Positions 46,041 through 61,633 of a DNA stretch of 64,000 nucleotides are shown here, one piece after another. The notes under the pieces were generated by a model. That model saw only the letters and a list, made by a program, of their open reading frames with translations, was not told the DNA's origin and ran no database searches. Every line of letters begins with the position of its first letter. Position 1 is the first letter of the stretch. The DNA comes from the human T2T-CHM13v2.0 reference genome, Homo sapiens. Position numbers and translations under genes: made by a program. The stretch lies in NCBI RefSeq assembly GCF_009914755.1, contig NC_060935.1. One strand, written 5' to 3'.

Positions 46041-48026
46041 CTCTTATCCATTCCAAGGTACATCCTAGTCCCCTGCCATCCACACACAAAATTTCCTTCT
46101 CTCCCATTTCTCTGTGTTCCCTTAGCCCTTATAAATATTTTGCTACTCAAAATGCTCTTAATATTGAACATATGTATCAGGTATCTTACTATTAATATTA
46201 ATATGTGCTTTACTTATATTATTTCTTGTAACTTTACAAAACTTTGAGATAAGTACTAGCCTAAATCTCTCTCATTTGACAGATGAGGAAATGGTCATAT
46301 AGATATTAAGCAGTTAGCTCAAGGTCACACTGGTGATTAATAACAACTAGGATTTGAACCTGGATTTCATGCCATCCTCTCTAAATCTAGAGCCCTTAAT
46401 TTAGGAAAGGAAAAAAAGTTATTACCATGTAGAATAACTACGTTTTTATATTTTACTCTCCTCCAAGCCATGAGCTCATTTAATTTAACTCAATCCTATT
46501 CATTTCTATAGATCCTTTTTAAACACCTCTCAGGGTCAGATTCTCTCCTGAAGACTCCCTATAAAGCAGAACCTCTTTCTTAGGCTTCCATGTAGCCCCA
46601 GCTCTCATCAGTGCTTGGAACCTGTATTCAACTGTCATTCATCAGTCAAAGACACTGATGACTAAGCACATACAATGCCAACCAAAATTCCTAGACGAAG
46701 AAGAATGTCAAATAGGAGTGAAGATAGCAAGTAAATTAGCAAATGACTATTTCCCACAAACATTCCTTCCCTGCCAGTCATGGGAGGTCTCTTCCTTCTT
46801 AGTAAGGATTAATCCTGTTTTCTTTGGTGGGAGAGAGAAACATGCTTCTTATATATCATTTTTTTCCCCTCTAAGTTCAACACAGTGTTGGATTCCAAAT
46901 TGGCCATCTAAACACCTGCAAGCACCAACAGCACAGTCTGTCCTTAAGGTAAATCACTGCCTTTAAGCCAGAACTTGAGCTGATTAACACAACTGCATGT
47001 GGGGACATGCCTGACACCCCAAGACAAAGCAGCTTACTCTGCACAGAAGGAAGACCTTGGAGACTTCTCTGGTGGCTCTGAAGGCTTGGGCAGGTCCACA
47101 GCTCTCACAGGCCATGAAAGGAATGGTGTTTTTTCTGAGGACTAACAACCCTCCCAGAGAAAATACTTGCATCCCAAGGTCCCTGTGACACTCAAGAAAC
47201 ACATTCTTCTTGGCCACTTGCATGGATCCAAACTTTGATACCCAAAAGGGTTGGATAAATTTGATGCTAAAGAATACCTGAATGGGCTGCATCCTGTGAA
47301 ACATGCTAACAAAACAAATCCCAGTGTCTTCACAGCACAGATACACAAGAAGATTCCAAATGTTTCCCTCCCTCCACTGATGAAGCTCTGGTCAGAAGTA
47401 GATTTACCAGGAAGCCAATAAAATGCGAGCTCCAGGGACACTCACTTATATGGGCCCCTTCTAAGTTCTGCCTCTGTTTTCAATTTGTAACTTTGTATTC
47501 ATTTTCTTTACAAGTTTCCCTCCTCCCCCTCATCCCTGCCCCCAGTTGTAAAATCAACAGGCTCCACAGAACTTGGATCTGTCCCAGCTCTAGGCAGAAT
47601 TTTTCCGCATAGAAATCAATATTGGACTTAGAGGATTGTGGCTCCATCTCTCCAGATGATCCCAGAGTTAATGATTTAAATCCATCTCTTGCCTCCTGTA
47701 TCTTTATCCTCTTTGGTGTCTCTGACACTGATTTCAGGAACCATCTACCAGTGCTCCCAAGAGTGAAAATGCGTCCCAGGCAGTAGGGCTCTTTCCCACA
47801 CTGAAAGGTCAGAATGAATTTCTTGTCATTTCCTCAGTAAAGGGACTTTCCTAAACCTCTCTTTGTCATCACCTGGTACCCTAAAGTTATCCCAGACATA
47901 TTAGAAAAGAACCATGGTGGTAGAAAAGGATTCTGTACATACTTTTAACTCTGCCTGGACTTCTCTCCATTTATATAAAGTTCCTACTATTCATCCCTTA
48001 AGAACCAGCTTCTGTACCTTGGAGGG

Positions 48027-48654
48027 TGTAGGGACTGGAAAGTGGGATACCTTTCTTCACCCATGATAAGGACCACAGCCATTACTCCATAACAAAAGAG
48101 AGGTTAAAAAGAGAAAAGCATAACAAATGTATTTAATCACAGTTTTATGTGTCATGGGAGCCTTCAGAAATGAAGACTCAAAGACCCAGAGAAAACTGTG
48201 CATTTTTATGCTTAGGTTTGATGAAGAATGGACAACCATGTAGAAATGTGATTGGGCAAAAGGATATGATCTAACAGAAGTAGACTAAGAGGGAGGAGGG
48301 AAACTCAGCAAGAGCTGTCCAGATTTTTCTTGGCCTCTCTGGGTAGCATTCGTTTCTCTGTGGCATGGGGCAGGACCCCTCTGGATTGATGGTCTTTAAG
48401 GGAGAAGGGACAGAGTGCTCTTTCCATCTTTTATAGCTTGCTTTGCAGAAGAGGAGTTCTAGTTTCCATGACCCATCTTGAGGAAGAGGAATTCTGATTT
48501 CAATGATTTGCTTTGGAAGAGAAAGAAGAGTGGGAGGCAGGAGGGCAGGCAAAGCTCAGAAAGACGCTTCTGAGGCCTTCCAATCTCCTTTAGTTCCAAG
48601 AACTCAGCATGCCAAAGTGCCATACTTTAGGGTACTGTTTTCCAAGCCTTAACA
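48027..48654 (-). mobile_element. ERV1 solo LTR (MER39-family-like), copy 2
   Basis: Homologous to 44458-45041. Exact 4-bp TSD AGGG at 48023-48026 and 48655-48658. Confidence 0.8.
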
Positions 48655-49559
48655 AGGGAAAGAAGTACATTTTGTTTATCTGTGTATTGTTAGTATCTGC
48701 CATTTTTATAGGCACTCAGTCAATCTTGACCAATAAATAAACAAATGAATTAATCAGTGAAATGTGAGATGAAACATTAGGAAAGGAGAATGAACTGGAT
48801 GTGAGCAGAGACAAAAAAGTAAAAAGCTAGGACATGTAAACAAGATTTTGAGTTGTGTAAACAAAATTAGAGCAACCATTAAACAGATACAATTCCCTCT
48901 TTTGATTTATAAAAAATCACACAGATTGCTCATGAAAATTTGTTAGGAAATGTACTTGGAACCCTTAAGGGAGGCAGCCACACTGAGTCATCTCTCTTAA
49001 TTTGTAGCTTTTCGTCTGCTCAGAGGGTTTCAGTGTAGAAAGGAAACTTTGCAGATAGGGAAAAGTCAGTATTGACCTAGAGATAGGCTTATGTATTTTC
49101 TTGTGCCTGGAAATTTGTCCAATCACTTTTAATTCATAGGTAAGGCTAAAGCTTTGAGCATTAGTTTAAATAATTTGCTTAAATAAAACTATAACTAGCT
49201 TAACATAAACATCAACAGAATAGAGCTCACTTTTATTTTCCTTTTTATCTTCTTTTCCTTCCTGTAACACAGGAAAAGCATATCAAATTATTATCTCCAT
49301 TTTATATGCAATAAAAATTTCCTATAAATTTTGTGCACAATTATGATCACATCTCCTATTTTTACAATTCATACTTTGAGATCCACTTGTCTTATTAGCT
49401 GGAAATCTAATTTCCCCAGTTGATCTTATTTATAGAGACTTTTTTACTGTAGAAGGGCTGTGTCATACTAACTTCCATAACCAAGAGGAATAGAACTGGA
49501 GTTTGATCTAATCCAACTAGCAGAAGAAAAAAGAAAGAAATGAAAAATTTTTCAATAAT

Positions 49560-50850
<1,291 letters not shown>

Positions 50851-50854
50851 TAGA

Positions 50855-51730
50855 CTGAGGCTGGCAAAATTTTTCTCTAAAGCCATAGATAGTTAATATT
50901 TTAGTATTTGCAGACCATACAGTCTCTGTCACATCTACTGAACTAACTCTGCCATTATACAGTAGTTGCCTCCTATCCACAGTTTTACTTTCCATAGTTT
51001 CAGTTACCTGTGGTCAAATGAGGTCTGAAAATATTGAATGAAAAGTTCCAGTCATAAACAACTCATAAATTTTAAATTACTCACCTTTCTGAGTAGCATG
51101 ATGAAAGCTCACCCTGTTCCACTCTGCACACCAGAATGTCAATCATCCTTTTGTTCAGCACATCCATGCTGTAGACACTACATGGCCATTAATTACTTAG
51201 TAGCCATTTTTGTTATCAGATTGATAACACAGAGCTTGTGTTCAAGTAACCTTTATTTTTACTTAATAATGGCTCCAATGCACAAGAATAGTGATACCGA
51301 TAGTTCTGATAAACCAAAGAGAAACAGTGAAATGCTTCCTTTAAGTCAAAAGGTGAAAGTTCTTGATTTAAGAAGGAGAGAGAAAAAAACTTTTATTAAC
51401 ATATATCATTATAATTGTTCTATTTTCTTATTAGTTTTTGTTGTTAATCTCTTACTGTGCCAGATTATAAATTAAACTTTATCTTACATATATATGTACA
51501 GAATAGGAATAAAACACAGCATATATAAGGTTTGGTACTATTTATGGTTTCAGGCATCCAGTGGAGGTCTTGGAATATATAACAAGGATAAGTGAAGACT
51601 ACTGTAGTTTGAAAGCAGCCATAGACAATAGGCAAAGGACTGAGAATGATTATGTTCTAATAAAACTTTATTTACAAAAACAGTGGCAAGCAGGATTAGG
51701 TCCAAGAGTCAGAGTTTGTCTCTCTTTTCT
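50855..51730. mobile_element. MER58A-like hAT-Charlie element split by a MER44
   Basis: 'ggctggcaaaatttttctctaaag...tctgccatta' resumes after the insert as 'gtttgaaagcagccatagacaata...aataaaactttatttacaaaaaca'. Confidence 0.8.
50960..51604. mobile_element. MER44/Tigger7-family DNA transposon
   Basis: TA|CAGTAGT...ACTACTG|TA terminal inverted repeats with TA target duplication. Confidence 0.85.
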
Positions 51731-52121
51731 AGGGTATGCTGAGGTAACAAAGAACCTGAAAATCTTAGTTGCTTATACAAATAAGGATTTAGTTTTCACC
51801 CACTCCCACAACTCTACTCATAACAGTCATCCTCACTCTGGGACCCAGGCCGATAGAGCAGGAATCACTCGAAACATTGCAAATAGTAGTGGTAAGAAAA
51901 AGTACAACTGGCTCATACATTTCTGCCTAGAAATGACACAGTGCCATCTCTTCTTGCATTTTATGGACCAAAACAAATTATATGGCCAAAACTAACTTTA
52001 AGAGGGCAGGGAAATTTAATTATCCCTAAGAAGAGAAATAGGTATTAGTGAACAATACTCCCTCCCATATGTTTATATTAAAACATTTCTTTTCTGAAGA
52101 TTCCCATTTTATCTTCCCTTC

Positions 52122-52539
52122 CATTATGGGTTGAATTGTGTTCCCTCAAATTTTATATGTTAAAGTCCTAACCTCCAGCACCTCAGAATGTGACCTTATT
52201 TGGAAATGGGTCTTTACAGAGGTAATCAAGTTAATGTGAGGTCATCAGGGTAGGCTCTAATCCAGTATGACTAGGGTCCTTATAAAAATGGAACATTTAG
52301 AAACAGAGACACACATAGAGGGAAGACAGTGTGACACGTTCTAAACAGAAGATGACCATCTGTAAGCCAACAAGAGTGGCTTGGAACAGATTCTTCCCTC
52401 ACCACCCTCAGAAGGAACCAACCCTGCCAACATCTTGATTTCTAGAGGACTTCTCGCCCCTAGAACTGTGAGAAAAATGTGTGTTGTTGAGCCACCCATC
52501 TGAGGTACTTTCTTACAGCAGCCCTAGCAAACTAACACA
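52122..52539 (+). mobile_element. MaLR solo LTR (MLT1B-like)
   Basis: 'gggttgaattgtgttccctcaaa...cagccctagcaaactaacaca'. Exact 5-bp TSD CCTTC at 52117-52121 and 52540-52544. Confidence 0.88.
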
Positions 52540-52621
52540 CCTTCCAAGGGAGACTCACAGGGTACCCTATACCTACTTCTTTGTTGGAGGCTGTCCTCTG
52601 GGAGTCCAAAGTGGTTTTCTG

Positions 52622-52843
52622 ATGAGGATGCAAAGGCATAAGAATGATACAATGGACTTTGGGGACTTAGGGGGAAAAAGGTGGGAAGTGGGTGAGGGAT
52701 AAAAGACTACAAATTAGGTTCAGTATATCCTGCTTGGGTGATGGGTAAACCAAAATCTCACAAATCACCACTAAAGAACTTACTCATGTAACCAAATACC
52801 ACTTATATTCCACAAACCTATGGAAACAAACAAACAAAAATTT
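52622..52843 (+). mobile_element. Heavily 5'-truncated L1PB-type 3' end
   Basis: 'aggcataagaatgatacaatggactttgggg...aaagaacttactcatgtaaccaaatacc'. TSD AAAGTGGTTTT(C/A)TG at 52608-52621 and 52844-52857. Confidence 0.88.
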
Positions 52844-54424
52844 AAAGTGGTTTTATGGTAGTTTCTTTGCTCAAGAATAGGGAGAAAATATATCTTTGGT
52901 CTTTGGTGGACCATCCTGCTACTAAAGATGAGTCCAGCAGGAAAGTTAAGTCTCTGACTCGGGTAACATGGCTATGGTAGAGCTAGGACTAGCACAGGAA
53001 ACCTTTGACCTCTGACAATGAACAAGCCCTTTCAAGAGCACCAGCGAGTCACCACAACTCTAACTGCTTTACAGGTGTTTTTTCTCTTAATCCTCATATC
53101 AACCCTATGCAGTAGATACTATTATTTCACATTCTTTCCACTTTAAGTCAAGCTAACTGAGACCAAGAGCTGCTAAGTAGCCCACTAAAAGTCCCAGAGC
53201 TAGAAAGTTGGAAAGAAAGAATTCAAAGCAGGTCATATGTGAAGACTACACCAGTATGACTCCCTCCTCTGGAATCCCATGTGCACCTTACTCAGATTCT
53301 GGTTCTGTCTTTCACCACTCTCTTGTGGGTAGGTGTCCTGGTGACTTTCCTGACCATAATGTTGCTTAGTCATCTGAATTCCCTGTGTCAGGTACAGTGC
53401 CTGATACAGAGTGGTCACCCAACCAGTGTGTTGAATGAATGAAGAATGAATGAATTGTGTCTTCACTGCAGGGAGAGTGATTTTGGTGGATAGTCAGATG
53501 GAATCAGGTTGAAGGGCACCTAAAGCTTAATCCCTGCTCGTGAGTCTTTATGTGCCTTTGGGCAAATATCTTACTTTCTACATGAAGTTTTTCTCCTTGG
53601 CATGAGTGAAACTTTCATATCTTCCCAGATGCATTATGGATTCATTCACGAATTAGTAGTGTGCATTAACACTATAAGTGCTATACTTCTGCTTAGCATA
53701 TGCCCCACAGGCAACAGAGAGATCCATCCCTTTCACAGCAGCTTCAACTTCCAGGCTACTCTGGGGTTTCTAAATCACTTTGGAGTACTTGGAATGTGTT
53801 TAAGAGTTAATGAAAGCATGGAAATAGGCAACCAAAGTGCCCTTCTACCTGTATCCTAGTTCTTTTTTTTTTTGTCTTGGATTTTTCCCAAGGTTCTTAA
53901 AGGAAGAAGTGGTTGACAGCCACATGTATAAGCAAAGGCCTCTGCTTAGGAAGCAGGACTCGGCTCATTTCTGTCTGTAACTTGATGTATGACTTTGGGC
54001 AATGTGCTCTCCTTCCCTATTCATCTGTTTCCTTATCTTGAAAATCACAAAATTGCCCTGCATGACTTCTCTTTCAGCTCTAATATTCTTTGATGCAACA
54101 CTGGACAAGATGCTATGTGTGGAGCTCTGCACTGGAAGCTGCAGATACAGCCATGAGTGGAGGATCGGGGTCTGGGTCTGTAAGCACTAAGAGCCTGAGC
54201 AGTGGGCCAGTGCTCCAATGAAGCCAGAGGCCTCCTGGGTCCTGACACAGCTGGGGATGGGCGAGTACTTTAGTGGGGCATGAGATGAAGGGCAGGAAAC
54301 AAGGCTAAAAAAAGGAGAAAGGGGGCTTCTGTACCTCATGAGGAATTTAGACTCCATCCTGTATCCCTGTTAGCCCAACTTTGTTCCTTTGTCCCACCAT
54401 CACTGTTTTGGCCAATTCTGTGCT

Positions 54425-54635
54425 ATGGTGGTTAATAGCAGGGCCACCAGAGCTGCAAGTTCAGGTTTGTATCTATGCTTTGCTGCTTACTGGCAGCGTG
54501 ACCTTGGGAAAATTACCTAACCTCTCTGTGCTCCAATTCTTCATTGCAGAATGGAGATGATACCTCATAGAAATGTTATAAAGGCTCAGTGTGTTACTAC
54601 ATGTCAAGTGCTTACAAACAGTGCCTGACACCTAA
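54425..54635 (+). mobile_element. MIR SINE
   Basis: 'gtgaccttgggaaaattacctaacctctctgtgctc...acagtgcctgacac'. Confidence 0.8.
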
Positions 54636-55369
54636 AAAGAATTCAAAAACCATTGGCTGGTATCTTTATACCTGTGTACCATTGGAAGTGATGTTTTAAT
54701 ATATGGTTTAGAAACGCATAGCACTGTACATGGAAATTCAGGATGTGAAGATCCATACTAACAATTTATATCATCTGCACAATGTATACCCCTGGAATGT
54801 AGAGGCAGAGATTTGGTTACTGAGGTTTTAAAAAATCACTGGGCATGGCTGAAAAATGCTCCTGTAATCCATGTCAACTTTGTAAGATGAATTACCATAG
54901 GCATAACTACTTGAGCTTCCCCCTGAGAAAAAAATATGTGAAATCACTAGTGTAATTTTAATAATTATACATTAAAATAAATATATTACTATTAAAATTA
55001 AAATTGTTCAACCCTCTGCTTCCTAAAACTTGTTTATGCATAAAACCCTTATTGTATACAATGAAGAGACAGAAATGTTTTAAGCAGGGAGTGACATGCA
55101 CAGATTTGTATTTAAAAATTTTTAGTAATATTGCCTCCTTTTTTGTTCCTTTCCTTACCCTCAATGTGAGTGCTTGTTAAGCAGAGGGGAAGATAAATCA
55201 GGCTTTGCAAAAGCTGGGATTAACTTGCCTTTTTCACACATAGCATTGTTTTCCTGTTCAGTTGTAACATGTCATATTGGTTTTGAATACAATGTTTTAA
55301 ATAGAGTAAACAAAACACTTGGATTTCTCAAAGAGCTGAGGCCACAACAGAACATTTGCACAGCCTGTT

Positions 55370-55730
55370 ATTTCTAGCTGGAATGCTCTTTACCTGCCTT
55401 CCACTTAGCTCCTACTTACTTAACTTCAGAATTCTGTAAAGCAGTATTTCATAGGGAAGCCTTACTCTGTCTAGCTTACCAGTCAGATTGCCTCATTATT
55501 TATTCATCTGATGCAAGTCTATGTCCTACAGTTTATCACAGTTGTAACTATACATTTATTGGTGTGACCACTTGATTAATACCTGTCTAGCCCACTAGAT
55601 GGTAAGAACCATGAGTAAAAGGATCATGCCTGATTTTGCTTACCACTTATCACCAGTACTTTGCACAATGCCTGGCACATAATAGGATCAATAAATATTT
55701 TTGGAATACATAAATGAATGAATGAATTAA
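55370..55730. mobile_element. L2 3' end
   Basis: 'cccactagatggtaag...caatgcctggcacataatagg...aataaatattt...aaatgaatgaatgaat'. Confidence 0.75.
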
Positions 55731-56166
55731 ACATCATTTTTAAGGCACTCCATTTTACCTTCATTATAAACATGTAGAATAGAAAGAGCACAAAATTTGA
55801 AATTGTCACCTGGATTTATGTCTATAACCCACCTCTTATGAACACTGGTCTGGCCACATGCTAACATTTTTCAGCTTCTGGATCCAGTAGTATCACTTAT
55901 CAATAGGATTTTGGTGAAAATAAAGTAGTATAATACAAGGGAAAGGGTAATGTGTATATTCTATTAGTGTATACATATGTTAAACTAATTATTGCTCTGA
56001 GTTGGTCACATACAGAAGTTCATAGAATACTTTCTACCCTCAAAGAATATGTTTTCCTTGAACTTTCAAAATACACTCACACATGTACACACAATGATCA
56101 CAATGGTTACAGAATAGTATGAAACAGTGTGGCATAAAATGTGGTGCTACAATTTTCAAGGGGACT

Positions 56167-57453
<1,287 letters not shown>

Positions 57454-58238
57454 TCAGGGGGATATGTTAATATTTTAGAAGCAAGGTAGCAAAGAGAAAA
57501 TATAAGAGTTTAAATTTTAATCCCTTATTTCCCATTTAGAAAACTGATATTATAATTTCAGTTCTGCCACTGACTGGCTATATGACCTTAAATAAGTCAT
57601 TTAGATTATCTCAGTTTCCACATTGAAAATAGGGATAATTCTACCCCTTTGTAAGGTTGCTGCAAGAATTCACAAGGGCTATAAATTCCTATATTTAAAA
57701 AAAAGAATAAAGACCTCAAAAAGGAAAAGCTTCAAGTCAAGAACAAACTAAACCCAAGCAGGTAGAAAAAAGGAAATAATAAAGACCAGAATGCAAATAA
57801 ACTAAATAGAGAATAGAAAACTAATAGAAAAAAATTTAACAAAACCAAAAATTAGTTATTAAGAATGAAACTTTAAATGAATAAATCCACAAACCTTATT
57901 TAACTAGACTGACCAGGAAAAGAAAGAGAGGGGGAGAAGACCCAAATTACTACAATCAACAGTGATAGAGGAGATATTGTTATCAACCTTACAGAAATAG
58001 AATTGTAAAGGAATACTATGAACTATTGTAAGTAAACAAATTAGATCACCTAAATGAAATGGACAAATTCTTAGAAAGCCACAAACTACTGAAACTGATT
58101 CAAGAAGGAATAAATATTTGAATAGGCCTATAACAAATAAATAAATTGAATTAGTAATCAAACACTTTACTCAAAGAAAAGCCCAAAACTAGATAGATTT
58201 ATTGGTACAAAAATTTCCTTTAAAAAGAATTAACACTA

Positions 58239-59923
58239 GGTCATTGTCGTTGAAAATCAATTGGCCCTCTCCCTCTCCCTCTCCCTCTCCCTCTCCCTCT
58301 CCCTCTCCCTCTCCCTCTCCCTCCTCTCCCTCTCCCCACGGTCTCCCTCTCCCTCTCTTTCCACGGTCTCCCTCTGATGCCGAGCCGAAGCTGGACTGTA
58401 CTGCTGCCATCTCGGCTCACTGCAACCTCCCTGCCTGATTCTCCCGCCTCAGCCTGCCGAGTGCCTGCGATTGCAGGCGCGTGCCGCCACGCCTGACTGG
58501 TTTTCGTATTTTTTTGGTGGAGACGGGGTTTCGCTGTGTTGGCCGGGCTGGCCTCCAGCTCCTAACCGCGAGTGATCCGCCAGCCTCGGCCTCCGGAGGT
58601 GCCAGGATTGCAGACGGTGTCTGGTTCACTCAGTGCTCAATGGTGCCCAGGCTGGAGTACAGTGGCGTGATCTCGGCTCGCTACAACCTCCACCTCCCAG
58701 CCGCCTGCCTTGGCCTCCCAAAGTGCCGAGATTGCAGCCTCTGCCCGGCCGCCACCCCGTCTGGGAGGTGAGGAGCGTCTCTGCCTGGCCACCCATCGTC
58801 TGGGATGTGAGGAGCCCCTCTGCCTGGCTGCCCAGTCTGGAAAGTGAGGAGCGTCTCTGCCCGGCCGCCATCCCATCTAGGAAGTGAGGAGCGCCTCTTC
58901 CCGGCCGCCATCCCATCTAGGAAGTGAGGAGCGTCTCTGCCCGGCTGGCCATCATCTGAGATGTGGGGAGTGCCTTTGCCCCGCCGCCCCGTCTGGGATG
59001 TGAGGAGCGCCTCTGCCCGGTCGCAACCCCGTCTGGGAGGTGAGGAGCGTCTCTGCCCAGCCGCCCCATCTGAGAAGGGAGGAGACCCTCCGCCTGGCAA
59101 CCGCCCCATCTGAGAAGTGAGGAGACCCTCCGCCCAGCAGCCGCCCCGTCTGAGAAGTGAGGAGCCCCTCCGCCCGGCAGCCACCCCGTCTGGGAAGTGA
59201 GGAGCGTCTCCACCCGGCAGCCGCACCGTCAGGGAGGGAGGTGGGGGGGTCAGCCCCCCGCCCGGCCAGCCGCCCCGTCTGGGAGGGAGGTGGGGGGGTC
59301 AGCCCCTCGCCTGGCCAGCCGCCCCACCCGGGAGGTGAGGGGCGCCTCTGCCCGGCCGCCCCTACTGGGAAGTGAGGAGCCCCTCTGCCCGGCCGCCACC
59401 CCCGTCTGGGAGGTGTGCCCAACAGCTCATTGAGAACGGGCCATGATGACAATGGTGGTTTTGTGGAATAGAAAGCGGGGAAAGGTGGGGAAAAGATTGA
59501 GAAATCGGATGGTTGCCGTGTCTGTGTGGAAAGAAGTAGACATGGGAGACTTTTCATTTTGTTCTGTACTAAGAAAAATTCTTCTGCCTTGGGATCCTGT
59601 TGATCTGTGACCTTACCCCCCAACCCTGTGCTCTCTGAAACATGTGCTGTGTCCACTCAGGGTTAAATGGATTAAGGGCAGTGCCAGATGTGCTTTGTTA
59701 AACAGATGCTTGAAGGCAGAGTCATCACCACTCCCTAATCTCAAGTACCCAGGGACACAAACACTGTGGAAGGCCTCAGGGTCCTCTGCCTAGGAAAACC
59801 AGAGACCTTTGTTCACTTGTTTATCTGCTGACCTTCCCTCCACTATTGTCCTATGACCCTGCCAAATCCCTCTCTGTGAGAAACACCCAAGAATGATCAA
59901 TAAAAATAAAAATTAAAAAAAAA
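58239..59923 (+). mobile_element. Full-length SVA retrotransposon (older, B/C-like) with 26-nt 5' extension
   Basis: Nine perfect CCCTCT units from 58265, Alu-like domain, GC-rich VNTR (~58740-59415), SINE-R, AATAAA at 59899 and poly(A). Exact 17-bp TSD AAAAAGAATTAACACTA at 58222-58238 and 59924-59940. Confidence 0.97.
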
Positions 59924-60795
59924 AAAAAGAATTAACACTAATCCTTCACAAACTCTTCCAAAAAATAGGAAACATTTCCCAACTCATTTTTAAGGCCAGT
60001 ATTACCTGATAGCAGAACCAAAGATATCACAAGAAAAGAAAATTATAGACAAATATCTTTTATGAATATAGATGCAAGAATCTTCAACAAAATATTAGCA
60101 AACCAAATTTAACAACATAAAAAGATGATTATATACCATGACCTGAATTTATCCCAGGAATGTAAGTTTGGTTTAATATATAAACATTAAACAATGTAAT
60201 ACATTATATCAATAGAGATTAAAATCACATAATCATTTCAGTAGATGCAGAAAATATATTCGACAAAATCTAACTACGTTTCATAAAAAAATATTCAACT
60301 GGGAATAGAAGGTAAATTCCTCAACCTAATGAAGGGCACCTATGAAAAACCCACAGCTATCATCATGGTTAATGGTGAAAGACTTGAGACTTTCCCTCTA
60401 AAATCAAAAACAGGACAAGAATGTATACAGTCTTGCCACTTCAATTCAACATTGTATTGAATTAGGCAAGAAAAAAAATAAAAGGCATCCATAGTGGAAA
60501 GGAAGAAGTAAAACTGTCTCCACTATCAAACGAAATGAACTTGTATATAAAAATCCTAAGGAATATAAACAAGCAAAGAAACAAAGAGCTAAAAACCAAA
60601 CCAAAATAAAACTATAAGAGCCAATAAATAAGTATAGCAAAGTTTCAGGATAAAAAAAAATCAGTTGTATTTTTATATACTAGCAATGAATAATCTTAAA
60701 ATTAAGAAAACAATTCCATTTATAGCAGCATCAAAAAGAATGAAATGCCTAGGAATAAATGTAACCAAAATGCATATCTATATAGATATATATAG

Positions 60796-61188
<393 letters not shown>

Positions 61189-61435
61189 TAAGATGGCAAT
61201 ACTTCCCAAATTGATCTACAGAGTCAACACAAGCCTAACAAAATCCTAGCTGCTTTTTTTTTTTTTTTACAGAATTCAACAAACAAGCTATCCTAAATTC
61301 AAATGGAAATGCAAAGATTCAGAAAGGGCAAAACAATCTTGAAAAAGAACAAAATAGAAAGACTCATTCAGTTTCTGATTTCAAAACTTACTACAAAGCT
61401 ACAGCAATCAAGACAGCATGATACTAGCATAAGAC

Positions 61436-61633
61436 TCTCTCTCTCTATATATATATACACAATATACATATATATTATATATATATACAATATACATATA
61501 TATTATATATATATACAATATACATATATATTATATATATACAATATACATATATATTATATATATATACAATATACATATATATTATATATATAGTGTG
61601 TGTATATATATATGTGTGTGTATATATATATAT
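61436..61633. repeat. (CT)n/(TA)n tract containing a ~28-bp minisatellite
   Basis: Unit AATATACATATATATTATATATATATAC starts at 61461, 61489, 61517, 61543 and 61571. Confidence 0.93.

Noticed and set aside
44458-48654. Two same-orientation MER39-like LTRs 3 kb apart, suggesting a provirus
   Set aside because: Each LTR has its own 4-bp TSD (ggag/ggat and AGGG/AGGG), they are substantially diverged from each other, and the interval holds MIRs and STRs with no gag/pol sequence. They are two independent solo LTRs.
51038-51995. Two consecutive ~145-aa ORFs
   Set aside because: They lie in non-autonomous MER44/MER58 and MaLR-like sequence and show no transposase motifs.
58189-59656. Longest ORFs in the window (up to 234 aa) and a CpG-island-like region
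   Set aside because: All lie in the SVA hexamer, Alu-like and VNTR domains, which are stop-poor because of GC content. Not a gene or host promoter.
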